NCBI GenBank assembly: GCA_964517265.1
Contig: CAZFBS010000003.1
Location: forward strand, 71,500 to 135,499
Source of the DNA: an uncultured Rhodospirillaceae bacterium
GTDB lineage: Bacteria; Pseudomonadota; Alphaproteobacteria; Rhodospirillales; Defluviicoccaceae
Reading direction: 5' to 3'
DNA length: 64,000 nt
Of this stretch, positions 29,345 to 38,778 are shown piece by piece. A program made the position numbers and the translations under genes. Each line of letters starts with the position of its first letter. Positions within the stretch are counted from its first letter, which is position 1. Below the pieces are notes generated by a model, which was not told where the DNA came from, made no database searches, and saw only the letters and a program-made list of their open reading frames with translations.

Positions 29345-29797
29345 TTACGGGCTCGAAACGTTCTTCATCCCCATGGAGTTCCGAAAGCCTGTCGCCGGCA
29401 GCGCGCGATTTGCGTAGTTGCGTCTCACAGCAACTTCGGCGGACGGTTCAAAAAAGGATGCTTCACGCGCATCCGGGGGATCCTTCCGATCAGCCTCGGA
29501 AACCTCGGAGTGGATTTGCTCGCATCGGCCGGGTTCGATGGCGACGCCCTTGGCACCGGATGGCGCGAAGGACGTGTGCCGGAAATGCTGGACCGGCTTC
29601 GCAACGGCGGCGAGCTGCCTTGCGGCCGAGGCCTGCCTTGCCCAGTTGACGGGGCCGAGGGACCGGCGCGCCTTGCGCTTGACGCTTCTGCTCTCGACGA
29701 GGCTGACGACAGCGTCGACCCCGTCCTCGTTGTTTCCGATGGAACGCCTCTGCGAGCGTAGCGACGCTGAGCGAGGCACGCGATCAGGGGCCCGCAT
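29345..29797 (-). CDS. hypothetical protein (doubtful)
   Basis: ORF with high GC3 upstream of the DUF3072 gene on the same strand. No family is recognised, and its 3' end overlaps the predicted EcfG-type promoter, so it may be non-coding. Confidence 0.25.
   Translation of the reverse strand: MRAPDRVPRSASLRSQRRSIGNNEDGVDAVVSLVESRSVKRKARRSLGPVNWARQASAARQLAAVAKPVQHFRHTSFAPSGAKGVAIEPGRCEQIHSEVSEADRKDPPDAREASFFEPSAEVAVRRNYANRALPATGFRNSMGMKNVSSP
29357..29382 (-). promoter_or_regulatory. EcfG-type (general stress response sigma factor) promoter motif upstream of DUF3072 gene
   Basis: The minus strand reads GGAAC-tccatggggatgaagaa-CGTT (N17). The -10 element ends 31 nt upstream of the DUF3072 ATG. 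Confidence 0.6.
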
Positions 29798-30200
29798 CTG
29801 TCGGCAGGGGGGTAACACCGCGGGGCGGTCCGGGACCGCGCGCAATGTTCCCGCAGTCAGAGGCTCAACACGATCAGGGGTTCAATAAGCCGTGAAGCAC
29901 CATCCCGACAAGCTTGCCCGCGATGTTGTCGAGATGGTGCCAGCGGCCCTCTAATCCTTCTCGTTCTCGTGACCGGCCAGTTCGTACGCATCGGTGCCGA
30001 AATTTACACCTCGATTCCGGGTGCGCCATTGCAAAAACAGGTCGCGACAGTCATCAGAGCGGCCTCGCAATGTTGCTGGGGACAAGCGAACCGATTGGCG
30101 CGATGATCGTTATGCCGATAGCGACGATGATCTGAATGTCGACACCAAATTCCGCCCAAAGGACGCCGCGCACCCTGGTCCGGGCACGGCTCCGCCGCGC

Positions 30201-30677
30201 TCAGGCGCCCAGCTTATCGAAGGCTTCGATGACCTCAGGGGGCGCTTGCACAAGTTCGATCAGGACGCCCTCACCACTGATGGGCTGCTCTTCGTTGCCC
30301 TTCGGGTGCAAAAACGTGATATCGAAGCCCGCTGCCCCTTTGCGGATCCCACCGGGGGCGAAACGCACGCCGTTGGCGGAGAGCCATTCGACCGCGGCGG
30401 GAAGGTCGTCTATCCAAAGGCCGATGTGGTTGAGGGGAGTGTTGTGAACTGCGGGTTTCTTCTCGGGGTCCACCGGCTGCATCAGATCAACTTCGACTTT
30501 CAAGGGTCCAGCGCCGATCGCCGTAATATCCTCATCGACGTTCTCGCGCTCGCTCTTGAAATTACCGGTAATCGTCAGTCCGAGAGAGTCCACCCACAAC
30601 TTTTTCATCTTTTCTTTATCCAAACCGCCGATGGCGATCTGCTGTATGCCGAGGACTTTGAATGGTCTGTCGCTCAT
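30201..30677 (-). CDS. VOC-family protein (glyoxalase/dioxygenase fold; possible methylmalonyl-CoA epimerase-like)
   Basis: 158 aa. [15 protein letters not shown]...GVRF and FLHPKG...[10 protein letters not shown] resemble epimerase/glyoxalase VOC modules. The specific function is not established. Confidence 0.75.
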   Translation of the reverse strand: MSDRPFKVLGIQQIAIGGLDKEKMKKLWVDSLGLTITGNFKSERENVDEDITAIGAGPLKVEVDLMQPVDPEKKPAVHNTPLNHIGLWIDDLPAAVEWLSANGVRFAPGGIRKGAAGFDITFLHPKGNEEQPISGEGVLIELVQAPPEVIEAFDKLGA

Positions 30678-31005
30678 GTAACTCCCCCTTGGTGCGATTT
30701 TCGAATTATGGGAGGGACGGAGTATGCCAGGGGCTGCCGGGGTTGTGAAGATGGTCGATTGGAGCGAGGCTCGTCATTTGCTGCCGAGGCGGCCGACAAT
30801 GTACCCACTGCGAGGACACCGTTGATCGCGCCGCTGACGTCCGACGAAGGAGGCAGAACAATCGATACCGACATCATGGCGCGATCAAACATGCCGCGCC
30901 GGCCGTCATCGCTGCTTGGCTGCCCGCGCTTCGGCAACGCTTTGCCGCCGCAACCGAGTACCAGCGGCGCATCGTCCCTTCAAAGACCTCGGCTGCCGGA
31001 TCAAC

Positions 31006-31809
31006 TCAACAGTCGGGTTTGGCCACCGCTTCCAGCCGGTCAAGCCGCACGCGCAAGGTGAAGTCGTCGAATTGCTGAACGATTTCGCCGGCGACACCGT
31101 CCGCGCGGTAGTGGGCGTTCAATTCGAACTCGGGAGTGGCCTCGCGGCTGTGCAGCGGAAAGTATGCGAGGCGCGTCCACCAAGCCGGCGCAGGCGCAAG
31201 CCCGGCTGACGCTGCCAGGGCTTGTTCGGCGCTGCGCGGCAGGCGCCCGAGCAGCGCGTTCACGAAGTATGGGTTTTGTAGGCTTGTGCCATCAAAAATC
31301 ACCTTCTCCAGGACCGAGGCGCCGCTTTCCGCAGCCGCAACCAAGGCGGTCATATGTTGGGTCGGGAACATCGTGCCCGCCGGGAGCGGGATCTCGGTTT
31401 CGGCAGGTTCCACAAGATAAGCCGTTCCCGTTCCTCCTTTCTCGATCAAGGACGCGTGCCCCCGTACCCGTTCCACCGTCCGCCCGCCTTCTTCGAACCG
31501 GGCGCGGAACCGGAAACGAAGTCCATCCAGGGACTCCCAGCTGACAAACGTCCAGATCGTTTCCGCGTAGGCGCCGCTTTCGTAGGTCAGTGCCAAGTGG
31601 GTTTTGTTTTCAACCGTCCAGCCGTCGCAGCTTTGGCCAAAGGTGTAAATCATGACGCCCTTGGCGGCGACCAGACCGGACGTCCGCGTCGCCGAAGCCA
31701 GCGACATCCGATAGCTGGCACGATGAGTCAACAGTTCGGCCTCGACACGGCCCGGCAGGACAGCACTCAGCAGAAAGATGAGCCCGAAGACAATCGCAGG
31801 ATGCTTCAT
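31006..31809 (-). CDS. DUF1849 / EipB-family periplasmic envelope-integrity protein
   Basis: Signal peptide (MKHPAIVFGLIFLLSAVLPGRVEA). ASYRMSL...G.MIYTFGQSCDGWTVENK...F.SWES.DG..FRF is the DUF1849 pattern. Confidence 0.75.
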   Translation of the reverse strand: MKHPAIVFGLIFLLSAVLPGRVEAELLTHRASYRMSLASATRTSGLVAAKGVMIYTFGQSCDGWTVENKTHLALTYESGAYAETIWTFVSWESLDGLRFRFRARFEEGGRTVERVRGHASLIEKGGTGTAYLVEPAETEIPLPAGTMFPTQHMTALVAAAESGASVLEKVIFDGTSLQNPYFVNALLGRLPRSAEQALAASAGLAPAPAWWTRLAYFPLHSREATPEFELNAHYRADGVAGEIVQQFDDFTLRVRLDRLEAVAKPDC

Positions 31810-32161
31810 AATGCGCGTTCGAGTCTGCTTTTTCGGGGATCAACACGGCAACAGCATTCTTACGCTTCCAGGACCGCGGCTGTCCACTTCCATCCCCGCT
31901 GACAGGGGGCAGGGGAGCAGTGGACATCCCGCTCATGCCGGCATTCGCAGCAGGGCGGACAAGCTTCGCTGACATCTGCGACAGGGGAGAGGGAACGCGG
32001 CAGGAATGGGCCGGCTCGGCAACAGTTGCCGACCATGCTTGGCGGGGCGACGGGCGATGGCCGCGGCCGGCGGCACGAAACCACTGGCACGCATGTTGCT
32101 ACCGCGATTGGGTAGTGCGCGGCAAAGGTCCCCCCTTTTTCGCAGAGGCCGGAGAGAAGCC

Positions 32162-32935
32162 ATGAAGTTTGACTGCGATCAACAGCGTGATGCACTTACC
32201 CCGGTGGAGGTTTATCCGCTGGTGTCGATCATCTCCGAACTTGTTGCCCCGTTCGGGCATGAAGCGGGCGGCGCACAGCCATACGTCCCCGCGCAGATCA
32301 TACAGCGGGCCATGTCTGCCGCTGTTCATGCGGAACGAGAAATCACCGCACTGCGCGAGCGGATCGCCGAGTTGGAGTGTCTTGTCAGCACCGACATGCT
32401 GACGGGCGTCCTCAATCGCCGTGGATTCGAAGCCGAGTTGCAAAGGACACTCGATCTTGCGCAGCGCCATGGCGAAACCGGTGTTCTCCTTTTTGTCGAC
32501 CTGGATGATTTCAAGCGGGTCAACGATACCTACGGACATGATGCAGGGGATGAGGTCCTGCGACAGATCGCCTGGCTGCTGAAACGAAGCGTGCGGCGCA
32601 GCGATGTGGTTGCCCGGGTAGGGGGCGATGAGTTTGTCGTTCTTCTGACCAAGTCCTGCGCCATCGGCGGTATGCGCCGCAAGAAGGCGCTTGAACAGAT
32701 CCTCCGTACGGCCGTTGTTCCCTGGCATGATCACATGATCAAGGTGGGTGCGAGTGTCGGGGCGCGATCGTATGGCCCGGATGACACGTGCGATGCGCTG
32801 ATCAGAGAGGCGGACGCACGCATGTATGCGGAGAAATTCCGACGCTCCGTCGGCGGCGGACGATTGCGCCGTGTTCAATCTTGCCGCCCGCTGGTGACGA
32901 TGCCCGTATGCACCGAAGGAACCGCTGTATCATGA
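32162..32935 (+). CDS. GGDEF-domain diguanylate cyclase
   Basis: DMLTGVLNRRGF, FVDLDDFKRVND.YGH..GD and an intact VGGDEF active site. The ATG at 32162 follows GGAGAGAAG. Confidence 0.85.
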   Translation: MKFDCDQQRDALTPVEVYPLVSIISELVAPFGHEAGGAQPYVPAQIIQRAMSAAVHAEREITALRERIAELECLVSTDMLTGVLNRRGFEAELQRTLDLAQRHGETGVLLFVDLDDFKRVNDTYGHDAGDEVLRQIAWLLKRSVRRSDVVARVGGDEFVVLLTKSCAIGGMRRKKALEQILRTAVVPWHDHMIKVGASVGARSYGPDDTCDALIREADARMYAEKFRRSVGGGRLRRVQSCRPLVTMPVCTEGTAVS

Positions 32936-33120
32936 AGACGATGCTCGCTGCTTCGCCGGAACCGCCCCTTGCTGTCCCGCATCGCCGTTTCTGGTCCGGC
33001 ATGGCAGAACCGGCGCGCCGGGTTCCCACTGTAGCGGACCCCACTCAGTTATGTCGCCGGCCGCCACCTGCTCCGCCCGCGAGCCGGACGACGGCGGTGT
33101 ATCGTTGTTCTCCTCGGCAG

Positions 33121-33417
33121 ATGGCGGACCTCAGCCTCGATCTGTTTCTTGCCGGAGTGCTGAGCGAAGAGGAATATGCGCTTCTTGCATTTCAGCCGGA
33201 GTTGCATCCGGACTTCGATCAAACCATCGGCGCGTTGACCGGAGAGCGCGCAAAGCCGGACCAGACGCGGGACTACATCGCCAGCTGGCGGGACCGGCTC
33301 GATTTTGAGCGCCGCCGACCGCGCCCGGACCACGATCTGATCGAGCGGATCCAACGTATCCTGTTCATCCTTCGCCGTCTCGGCACATCGGTTGAGATGA
33401 GCATGTCGCTGACCTGA
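33121..33417 (+). CDS. hypothetical protein
   Basis: ORF in frame with a longer form starting at 32932, whose ATG overlaps the GGDEF stop (ATGA). The N-terminal 63 aa of the long form are Pro/Arg-rich, so the shorter start MADLSLDLF is shown. No family is recognised. Confidence 0.35.
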   Translation: MADLSLDLFLAGVLSEEEYALLAFQPELHPDFDQTIGALTGERAKPDQTRDYIASWRDRLDFERRRPRPDHDLIERIQRILFILRRLGTSVEMSMSLT

Positions 33418-33535
33418 TATGCGGTCTTCACCCTCTGCGCCGGCGGGAAAACGGGCCATGGCAGCGGGATTCCGGTTTGCAGCCATAGGCAAATCAGTGT
33501 ATTCGGGGGCCCTACTGGTGGAAGAGGCAGTGAGC

Positions 33536-34252
33536 ATGGACGGCGGAATTAAGCCCGACCTCGTGACGGGTTGCGGACAGGAAGAAGAGCCTGTGTTGCT
33601 CCCCGACTACCTGGTGAATACCTACACCTGGGCCTACCTGCGTCCTTCCAGCGTGCTGTTGCTCGACAATCCGTTCGTCGTCAGCGCCATCCTTTGGGGC
33701 AATTTCGCACGCCTGCTTCGGTCCGCCTGTGATGAGTTCGAACGCGGACAACGGATTCTCCAGGCGGCAAGCGTGTATGGCAGCCTTTCCTCCAATCTCG
33801 CCGAAACGGTTGGCCGGGAGGGACGGCTCGAGGTCATCGACATTGCCCCCATTCAGGTGGAGAATTGTCGCCGCAAGCTCGCGGCCTATCCTCAGGCATC
33901 GGTTCGGGTGGCGGATGCCGCAGCGCCGGGCGGCGGCTTCTACGATGGCGTTTGCTGCTTCTTCCTTCTCCATGAGATTCCCGATGATCAGAAGCGGGCC
34001 GTCGTCGATGCCTTGCTGCGCAGCGTTGTTCCTGGCGGCAAGGTGGTCTTCGTCGATTATCATCGTCCCTGGCCGTTTCATCCGACCCGAATGGTGATGG
34101 AAGGGGTGTTCCGCTGGCTGGAGCCCTATGCGAACGGGCTGATCTCCCGCGAGATCCGGGAATTCGCAGCAGAACCCGAGGGCTTCCGCTGGCGCAAGGA
34201 AACCTTTTTTGGGGATCTCTATCAAAAGGTGGTTGCGGAACGCAAAAAGTAG
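33536..34252 (+). CDS. rquA: RquA-like class I SAM-methyltransferase-fold protein (putative rhodoquinone biosynthesis enzyme)
   Basis: 238 aa. LPDYLVNTYTWAYL...ILWGNF, a degenerate motif I ILQAASVYG in place of the usual xLDxGxGxG, and FFLLHEIPDD...VVPGGKVVFVDYHRP...LEPYAN. As I recall it, this matches Rhodospirillum rubrum RquA. Confidence 0.6.
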   Translation: MDGGIKPDLVTGCGQEEEPVLLPDYLVNTYTWAYLRPSSVLLLDNPFVVSAILWGNFARLLRSACDEFERGQRILQAASVYGSLSSNLAETVGREGRLEVIDIAPIQVENCRRKLAAYPQASVRVADAAAPGGGFYDGVCCFFLLHEIPDDQKRAVVDALLRSVVPGGKVVFVDYHRPWPFHPTRMVMEGVFRWLEPYANGLISREIREFAAEPEGFRWRKETFFGDLYQKVVAERKK

Positions 34253-34271
34253 CGGCGCTGTCCTTGCGATC

Positions 34272-34793
34272 TTATCCGGACGGCAAATCCTTAGGCCGCA
34301 TGAGTGCCTCGAGTCTCGCCGTCTCCGGCCCGAGATCCCGCCAGTGTTCGATCGGTGCGGTCAAGACCGCGAGCGTCCCCGTCGGGTACTTGGTTGCCAG
34401 CTTATCGCGTGCCTTCGCTTCACCTTCGCCGGTCAGCATCAACGCCAAGGTTTCGAGCCCGGGGTTGTGGCCGATGACCATGACGGAGAGCAGCCCTTCG
34501 CTCAGCCTGCGCAACCGCCGCAGCAAGCTCGCCGCGTCGGCGTTGTAGATCCCTTTTTCGAAGCGGACCGGAATGGCGGCATCCAGTTTCGCCTCCATCC
34601 GCTCCAGCGTCTGACGGGTCCGCAGGGCAGGGGAGCAGAGAATTTGTCCCGGGACAATCCCTTGTGCCGATAAATAGGCCGCCATCGCTTTCGCCGCCTT
34701 TCGGCCACGCTTGCTGAGCGGACGACTGATGTCCTCCACTTCCTGATCCTGCCAGCTCGACTTCGCATGGCGCAGCAGATAGATCGTTTTCAC
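34272..34793 (-). CDS. histidine phosphatase family protein (SixA-like)
   Basis: IYLLRHAKS (RHG-type motif) and VIGHNPG. GTG start is preceded by GGAGGG. Confidence 0.8.
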   Translation of the reverse strand: MKTIYLLRHAKSSWQDQEVEDISRPLSKRGRKAAKAMAAYLSAQGIVPGQILCSPALRTRQTLERMEAKLDAAIPVRFEKGIYNADAASLLRRLRRLSEGLLSVMVIGHNPGLETLALMLTGEGEAKARDKLATKYPTGTLAVLTAPIEHWRDLGPETARLEALMRPKDLPSG

Positions 34794-34925
34794 CGTCACC
34801 CTCCAATCCGTGGTGGCCGATTGTCGCGGTATTTGTAAGGTGGCGACGCTGCCCGAGGGAACCCGTACGGAAGGGGCGAGGTCCCCCTTCCGCACGCCGA
34901 GGGATGTTTGCCCGAAACCGGCCCG

Positions 34926-36926
34926 TTATTCCAGTTCGGCGATGATCTGGCCGACTTTCACGGTGTCGCCGGGCTGGGCATGAAATCGCGCGATGACCCC
35001 GGGCGTTGTCGATCGGATGATGTTCTCCATCTTCATCGCTTCCACCACGGCAACTTCATCACCGGCACCCACTTTATCGCCAGGCTCCCACGCCAGTGAC
35101 TTGAGCAATCCCGGCATTGGCGACACCACGTATTTGGACATGTCTGCCGCCTCGCGCTTGGGCATCAGCTTGGCCAGTTCCGCAACCTGTTTGCGGTAGA
35201 CGATCACGCTGATTTCCGCACCGAGGTGGTACAGACGGTAGCCGAGCCCGGCCCGCTCCACCTTGAACCGCTGCGGCATCGCATTGACCGTGCAGCGCAT
35301 AACCGGATCGTTGATTTGCCAGTCGCTGTGAACCGAGACGTTGTGGCCGTCGACAAAAATGTCGAACCCTTCTTCCGCACTGCGGATGGCATTGTCTTCC
35401 ACCGATACCGGAAAGTGGTTGCCGTCGACGACCACCACCCAGTCGGACGAGATCTGTCGCCGGTAACCGGGCATCGCGCCGGTGATCCGCGCCGCACGGT
35501 GCAGGTAGCGCAGGTGCATCAGCATCGCTGCCGCCAGCACCGCCTCTATCTCCTTCTCATCGAGCGGGGCGGGAGAAAAGCCTTCCGGATATTCTTCCTC
35601 GATGAAATTGGTGGTCAGCCGACCTTCCAGAAAGCGCGGGTTGGCCATCAGCGCGGTCAGAAACGCGATATTGTGGCTGACACCGTTGATGTAGAACTCA
35701 TCGAGGGCGCGGCGCATCTGGGTAACCGCACTGCTTCGGTTCAGATCCCAGGTCGTCACCTTGGCGATCATCGGATCGTAGAAGTGGGAAATTTCACCCC
35801 CTTCATAGATGCCGCTGTCGACGCGGACTTGGCGCGACTCCTCGGGTGTCCGATAGCGCACCAGGCGGCCGACCGAGGGCATGAATTTGCGGTTGGGATC
35901 CTCCGCATAGATGCGGGCTTCGACCGCCCAGCCGTCCATCCTCACGTCGCTCTGGCGGATGGTCAGACGCTCTCCGGCGGCAACCCGGATCATCCACTCG
36001 ACCAGATCCACTCCGGTCGTGAATTCGGTGACCGAGTGCTCGACCTGCAAGCGGGTGTTCATCTCAAGGAAGTAGTAGTTCTTGTCCTGATCGACGATGA
36101 ACTCGCAGGTGCCCGCCGAGCTGTAGCCGACCGATTTTGCCAGGGCGACAGCGCGGCTTCCCATATCTTCTCGCATCGCCGGATCGACGATCGGAGAGGG
36201 GGCTTCCTCGATGACCTTCTGGTGACGGCGCTGGATGGAGCATTCCCGCTCGCCCAGATGGATGACATTGCCATGACCGTCGCCGAGCACCTGGATCTCG
36301 ATGTGACGGGGATGCTCGATGAATTTCTCGATGAAAACCCGGTCATCGCCAAAGCTCGAGCGGGCTTCGGAACTGGCCAGCCGAAACGCCTCGCGCAGTT
36401 CCTTCTCGTCCCGGGCGATGCGGATTCCTTTGCCGCCGCCGCCGGCAGCCGCCTTCAGCATCACCGGCAAGCCGATCTCGTTGGCGATGCTGACGGCTGT
36501 GTCGGCATCGGCCAGCGGATCCCAGTGCCCCGGAACCGTCGGCACCCCGGCCTTGTCGGCCGCACGGTTGGCGGTGATCTTGTCGCCCATCATCGCCAGC
36601 ACTTCCGGCTTCGGGCCGATGAATGTGATCCCGTTCTCGGCCAACGCCCGCGCGAACTTCGCATTCTCCGACAAGAACCCATAACCGGGATGAACCGCAT
36701 CGGCGCCCGTCTGCTTGCAGGCTTCGATGATCTTGTCGATCACAAGGTAGCTTTCGTTGGCAGGGGAGGGTCCGACATGGACGGCTTCGTCACAGACCTT
36801 GACGTGGAGGCCGTACTTGTCGGCATCGGAATAGATTGCAACCGTTCGGATGCCCATCCTTTGTGCGGTTCGGTTGATGCGCAGCACGATCTCGCCGCGG
36901 TTGGCAATCAGTATTTTCTTGAACAT
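34926..36926 (-). CDS. pccA: acetyl/propionyl-CoA carboxylase alpha subunit (biotin carboxylase + BCCP)
   Basis: MFKKILIANRGEI N-terminus, an ATP-grasp region, and a C-terminal biotinyl motif EAMKMEN. Confidence 0.9.
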   Translation of the reverse strand: MFKKILIANRGEIVLRINRTAQRMGIRTVAIYSDADKYGLHVKVCDEAVHVGPSPANESYLVIDKIIEACKQTGADAVHPGYGFLSENAKFARALAENGITFIGPKPEVLAMMGDKITANRAADKAGVPTVPGHWDPLADADTAVSIANEIGLPVMLKAAAGGGGKGIRIARDEKELREAFRLASSEARSSFGDDRVFIEKFIEHPRHIEIQVLGDGHGNVIHLGERECSIQRRHQKVIEEAPSPIVDPAMREDMGSRAVALAKSVGYSSAGTCEFIVDQDKNYYFLEMNTRLQVEHSVTEFTTGVDLVEWMIRVAAGERLTIRQSDVRMDGWAVEARIYAEDPNRKFMPSVGRLVRYRTPEESRQVRVDSGIYEGGEISHFYDPMIAKVTTWDLNRSSAVTQMRRALDEFYINGVSHNIAFLTALMANPRFLEGRLTTNFIEEEYPEGFSPAPLDEKEIEAVLAAAMLMHLRYLHRAARITGAMPGYRRQISSDWVVVVDGNHFPVSVEDNAIRSAEEGFDIFVDGHNVSVHSDWQINDPVMRCTVNAMPQRFKVERAGLGYRLYHLGAEISVIVYRKQVAELAKLMPKREAADMSKYVVSPMPGLLKSLAWEPGDKVGAGDEVAVVEAMKMENIIRSTTPGVIARFHAQPGDTVKVGQIIAELE

Positions 36927-36941
36927 CAGTCGCTCCCGGAC

Positions 36942-38477
36942 TCAGAGAGGGGAATTCGCATGCTTGCGCCGGATCTGCTCCACATCCTTGTCGCGGAGCA
37001 TGGTCAGCGCCTTGCACAGACGGCGACGGGTGCTTTGCGGCATGATCACGTCGTCAATAAAGCCCCTGCGTGCAACGCCGAAAGGGTTGGCAAATGCTTT
37101 GCGATATTCTTCCACCTTGGCCTCAAGCTTCGCCGGATTCTTGCGGATTTCCTCGCTGGAGAGGATCTCGACAGCACCTTTGGCGCCCATGACAGCAACT
37201 TCGGCACTGGGCCATGCATAGTTGATATCGGCACGCAGGTGCTTGGAGCCCATCACGTCGTAAGCGCCGCCGTATGCCTTGCGGGTGATCACCGTTACCT
37301 TCGGCACCGTGGCCTCGGCATAGGCGAACAACAGCTTGGCCCCATGGCGGATGATGCCGGCATGTTCCTGGCCCACACCGGGCAGGAAGCCGGGAACGTC
37401 GACAAAGGTGACGATCGGAATATTGAAGGCATCGCAAAAGCGAACGAAGCGCGCGCCCTTGACGGATGCGTCGATATCCAGACAGCCGGCAAGCACCATT
37501 GGCTGATTGGCGACGATGCCGGTGGTCATCCCGTTGAGACGACCAAAGCCGACGATGATGTTGGGGGCATAATCGGGCTTGATCTCGAAGAACAGACCTT
37601 CATCGACGACCTTGATGATCAGTTCCTTGATGTCGTAGGGAGCGTTGGGATTGTCCGGAACCAGCGTGTTCAAAGAAGGCTCGGTCCGGTCGATGCTGTC
37701 GATGGTCGGGCGGACAGGAAGAGGGCTCCGACTGGACGACGGCAGGAAATTGATCAATCGGCGTACATAGAGAAGCGCTTCCACGTCGTTGTCGAACGCA
37801 CGATCGGCGACGCCGGACTTGGAGGTGTGCACGCTGGCGCCGCCGAGCGCCTCATGGTCGATGTCCTCGCTGGTCACCGTCCTCAGCACGTCGGGCCCGG
37901 TCACATACATGTGCGCTGTTTCCCGAACCATGAACACGAAATCCGTCAAAGCAGGGGAATATACGGCGCCGCCTGCGCATGGTCCCATGATGACCGAAAT
38001 CTGCGGAATGACGCCGGACGCGTCGACGTTACGCTGGAACACCTCGGCATAGCCGGCGAGAGACGCAACGCCTTCCTGAATCCGTGCGCCGCCGGAGTCG
38101 TTGAGGCCGACCACCGGGGCGCCGATCTTCCTTGCCTGGTCGAGAACCTTGCATATTTTTTCCGCATGGGCCTCCGACAGACTGCCGCCGAAGACGGTAA
38201 AGTCTTGACTGTAGACGAACACCGGACGGCCATTGATGGTGCCAAATCCGGTCACGACGCCATCGCCGGGGATCTGGGTGTCGGCCATCCCGAACGCCGT
38301 GCAGCGGTGTTCGACGAACATATCCCACTCCTCGAACGAATTGGGATCAAACAAGACTTCAAGGCGCTCCCGAGCGGTCAGCTTGCCGCGCTTGTGCTGA
38401 GCCTCGATTCGTCTTTCGCCACCCCCTTGCCGGGCCTGTGATCGCTTCTGTTCCAGTAGCTCGATAATCTCGCGCAT
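36942..38477 (-). CDS. pccB: propionyl-CoA carboxylase beta (carboxyltransferase) subunit
   Basis: [12 protein letters not shown]...[13 protein letters not shown]...GGARIQEGV pattern. 511 aa once the start is trimmed to the ATG at 38477. Confidence 0.95.
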   Translation of the reverse strand: MREIIELLEQKRSQARQGGGERRIEAQHKRGKLTARERLEVLFDPNSFEEWDMFVEHRCTAFGMADTQIPGDGVVTGFGTINGRPVFVYSQDFTVFGGSLSEAHAEKICKVLDQARKIGAPVVGLNDSGGARIQEGVASLAGYAEVFQRNVDASGVIPQISVIMGPCAGGAVYSPALTDFVFMVRETAHMYVTGPDVLRTVTSEDIDHEALGGASVHTSKSGVADRAFDNDVEALLYVRRLINFLPSSSRSPLPVRPTIDSIDRTEPSLNTLVPDNPNAPYDIKELIIKVVDEGLFFEIKPDYAPNIIVGFGRLNGMTTGIVANQPMVLAGCLDIDASVKGARFVRFCDAFNIPIVTFVDVPGFLPGVGQEHAGIIRHGAKLLFAYAEATVPKVTVITRKAYGGAYDVMGSKHLRADINYAWPSAEVAVMGAKGAVEILSSEEIRKNPAKLEAKVEEYRKAFANPFGVARRGFIDDVIMPQSTRRRLCKALTMLRDKDVEQIRRKHANSPL

Positions 38478-38778
38478 GGACCATCCCTTCGTTCTTCGCA
38501 TCTGCAACACAGTACAGCATACTGGCGGAGATTTGCGGATAGGAATAAAGATTTTCTCTGGTGGTTTTCCCGCGGAACGGAATGAGCCAAGCGCGCAACG
38601 GGGCCGCAGGACCCGCTGGTGCGATGCGAAATCTGAATGCCGCCCCGCAATAAGGATCTGTGGAAGCAAGGCTTGCGCAGCCGACAGGTAAGAGTCCATA
38701 GTGGCTGCGGAGAGCAAAAGAACACGTTCTGGTCGATAGCTCAGTCTGAACAATCGGGATTCGGGGGCGAACGCAGGC

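Noticed and set aside
30040-30160. 39-aa GTG-initiated hydrophobic ORF downstream of the VOC gene (minus strand)
   Set aside because: It has no spacing between the purine-rich stretch and the GTG, no recognised family, and is very short. It is mentioned only within the unassigned-region finding.
35226-38441. 1071-aa plus-strand ORF spanning two genes
   Set aside because: It runs antisense to pccA and pccB, both of which have unambiguous motifs, and it crosses their intergenic gap. It has typical shadow-ORF composition.
38600-38640. GGAAC motif upstream of the second USP gene as a third EcfG-type promoter
   Set aside because: The downstream element at N17 reads CAAC rather than CGTT, and the motif lies about 140 nt from the start codon. 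The match is not good enough to call.
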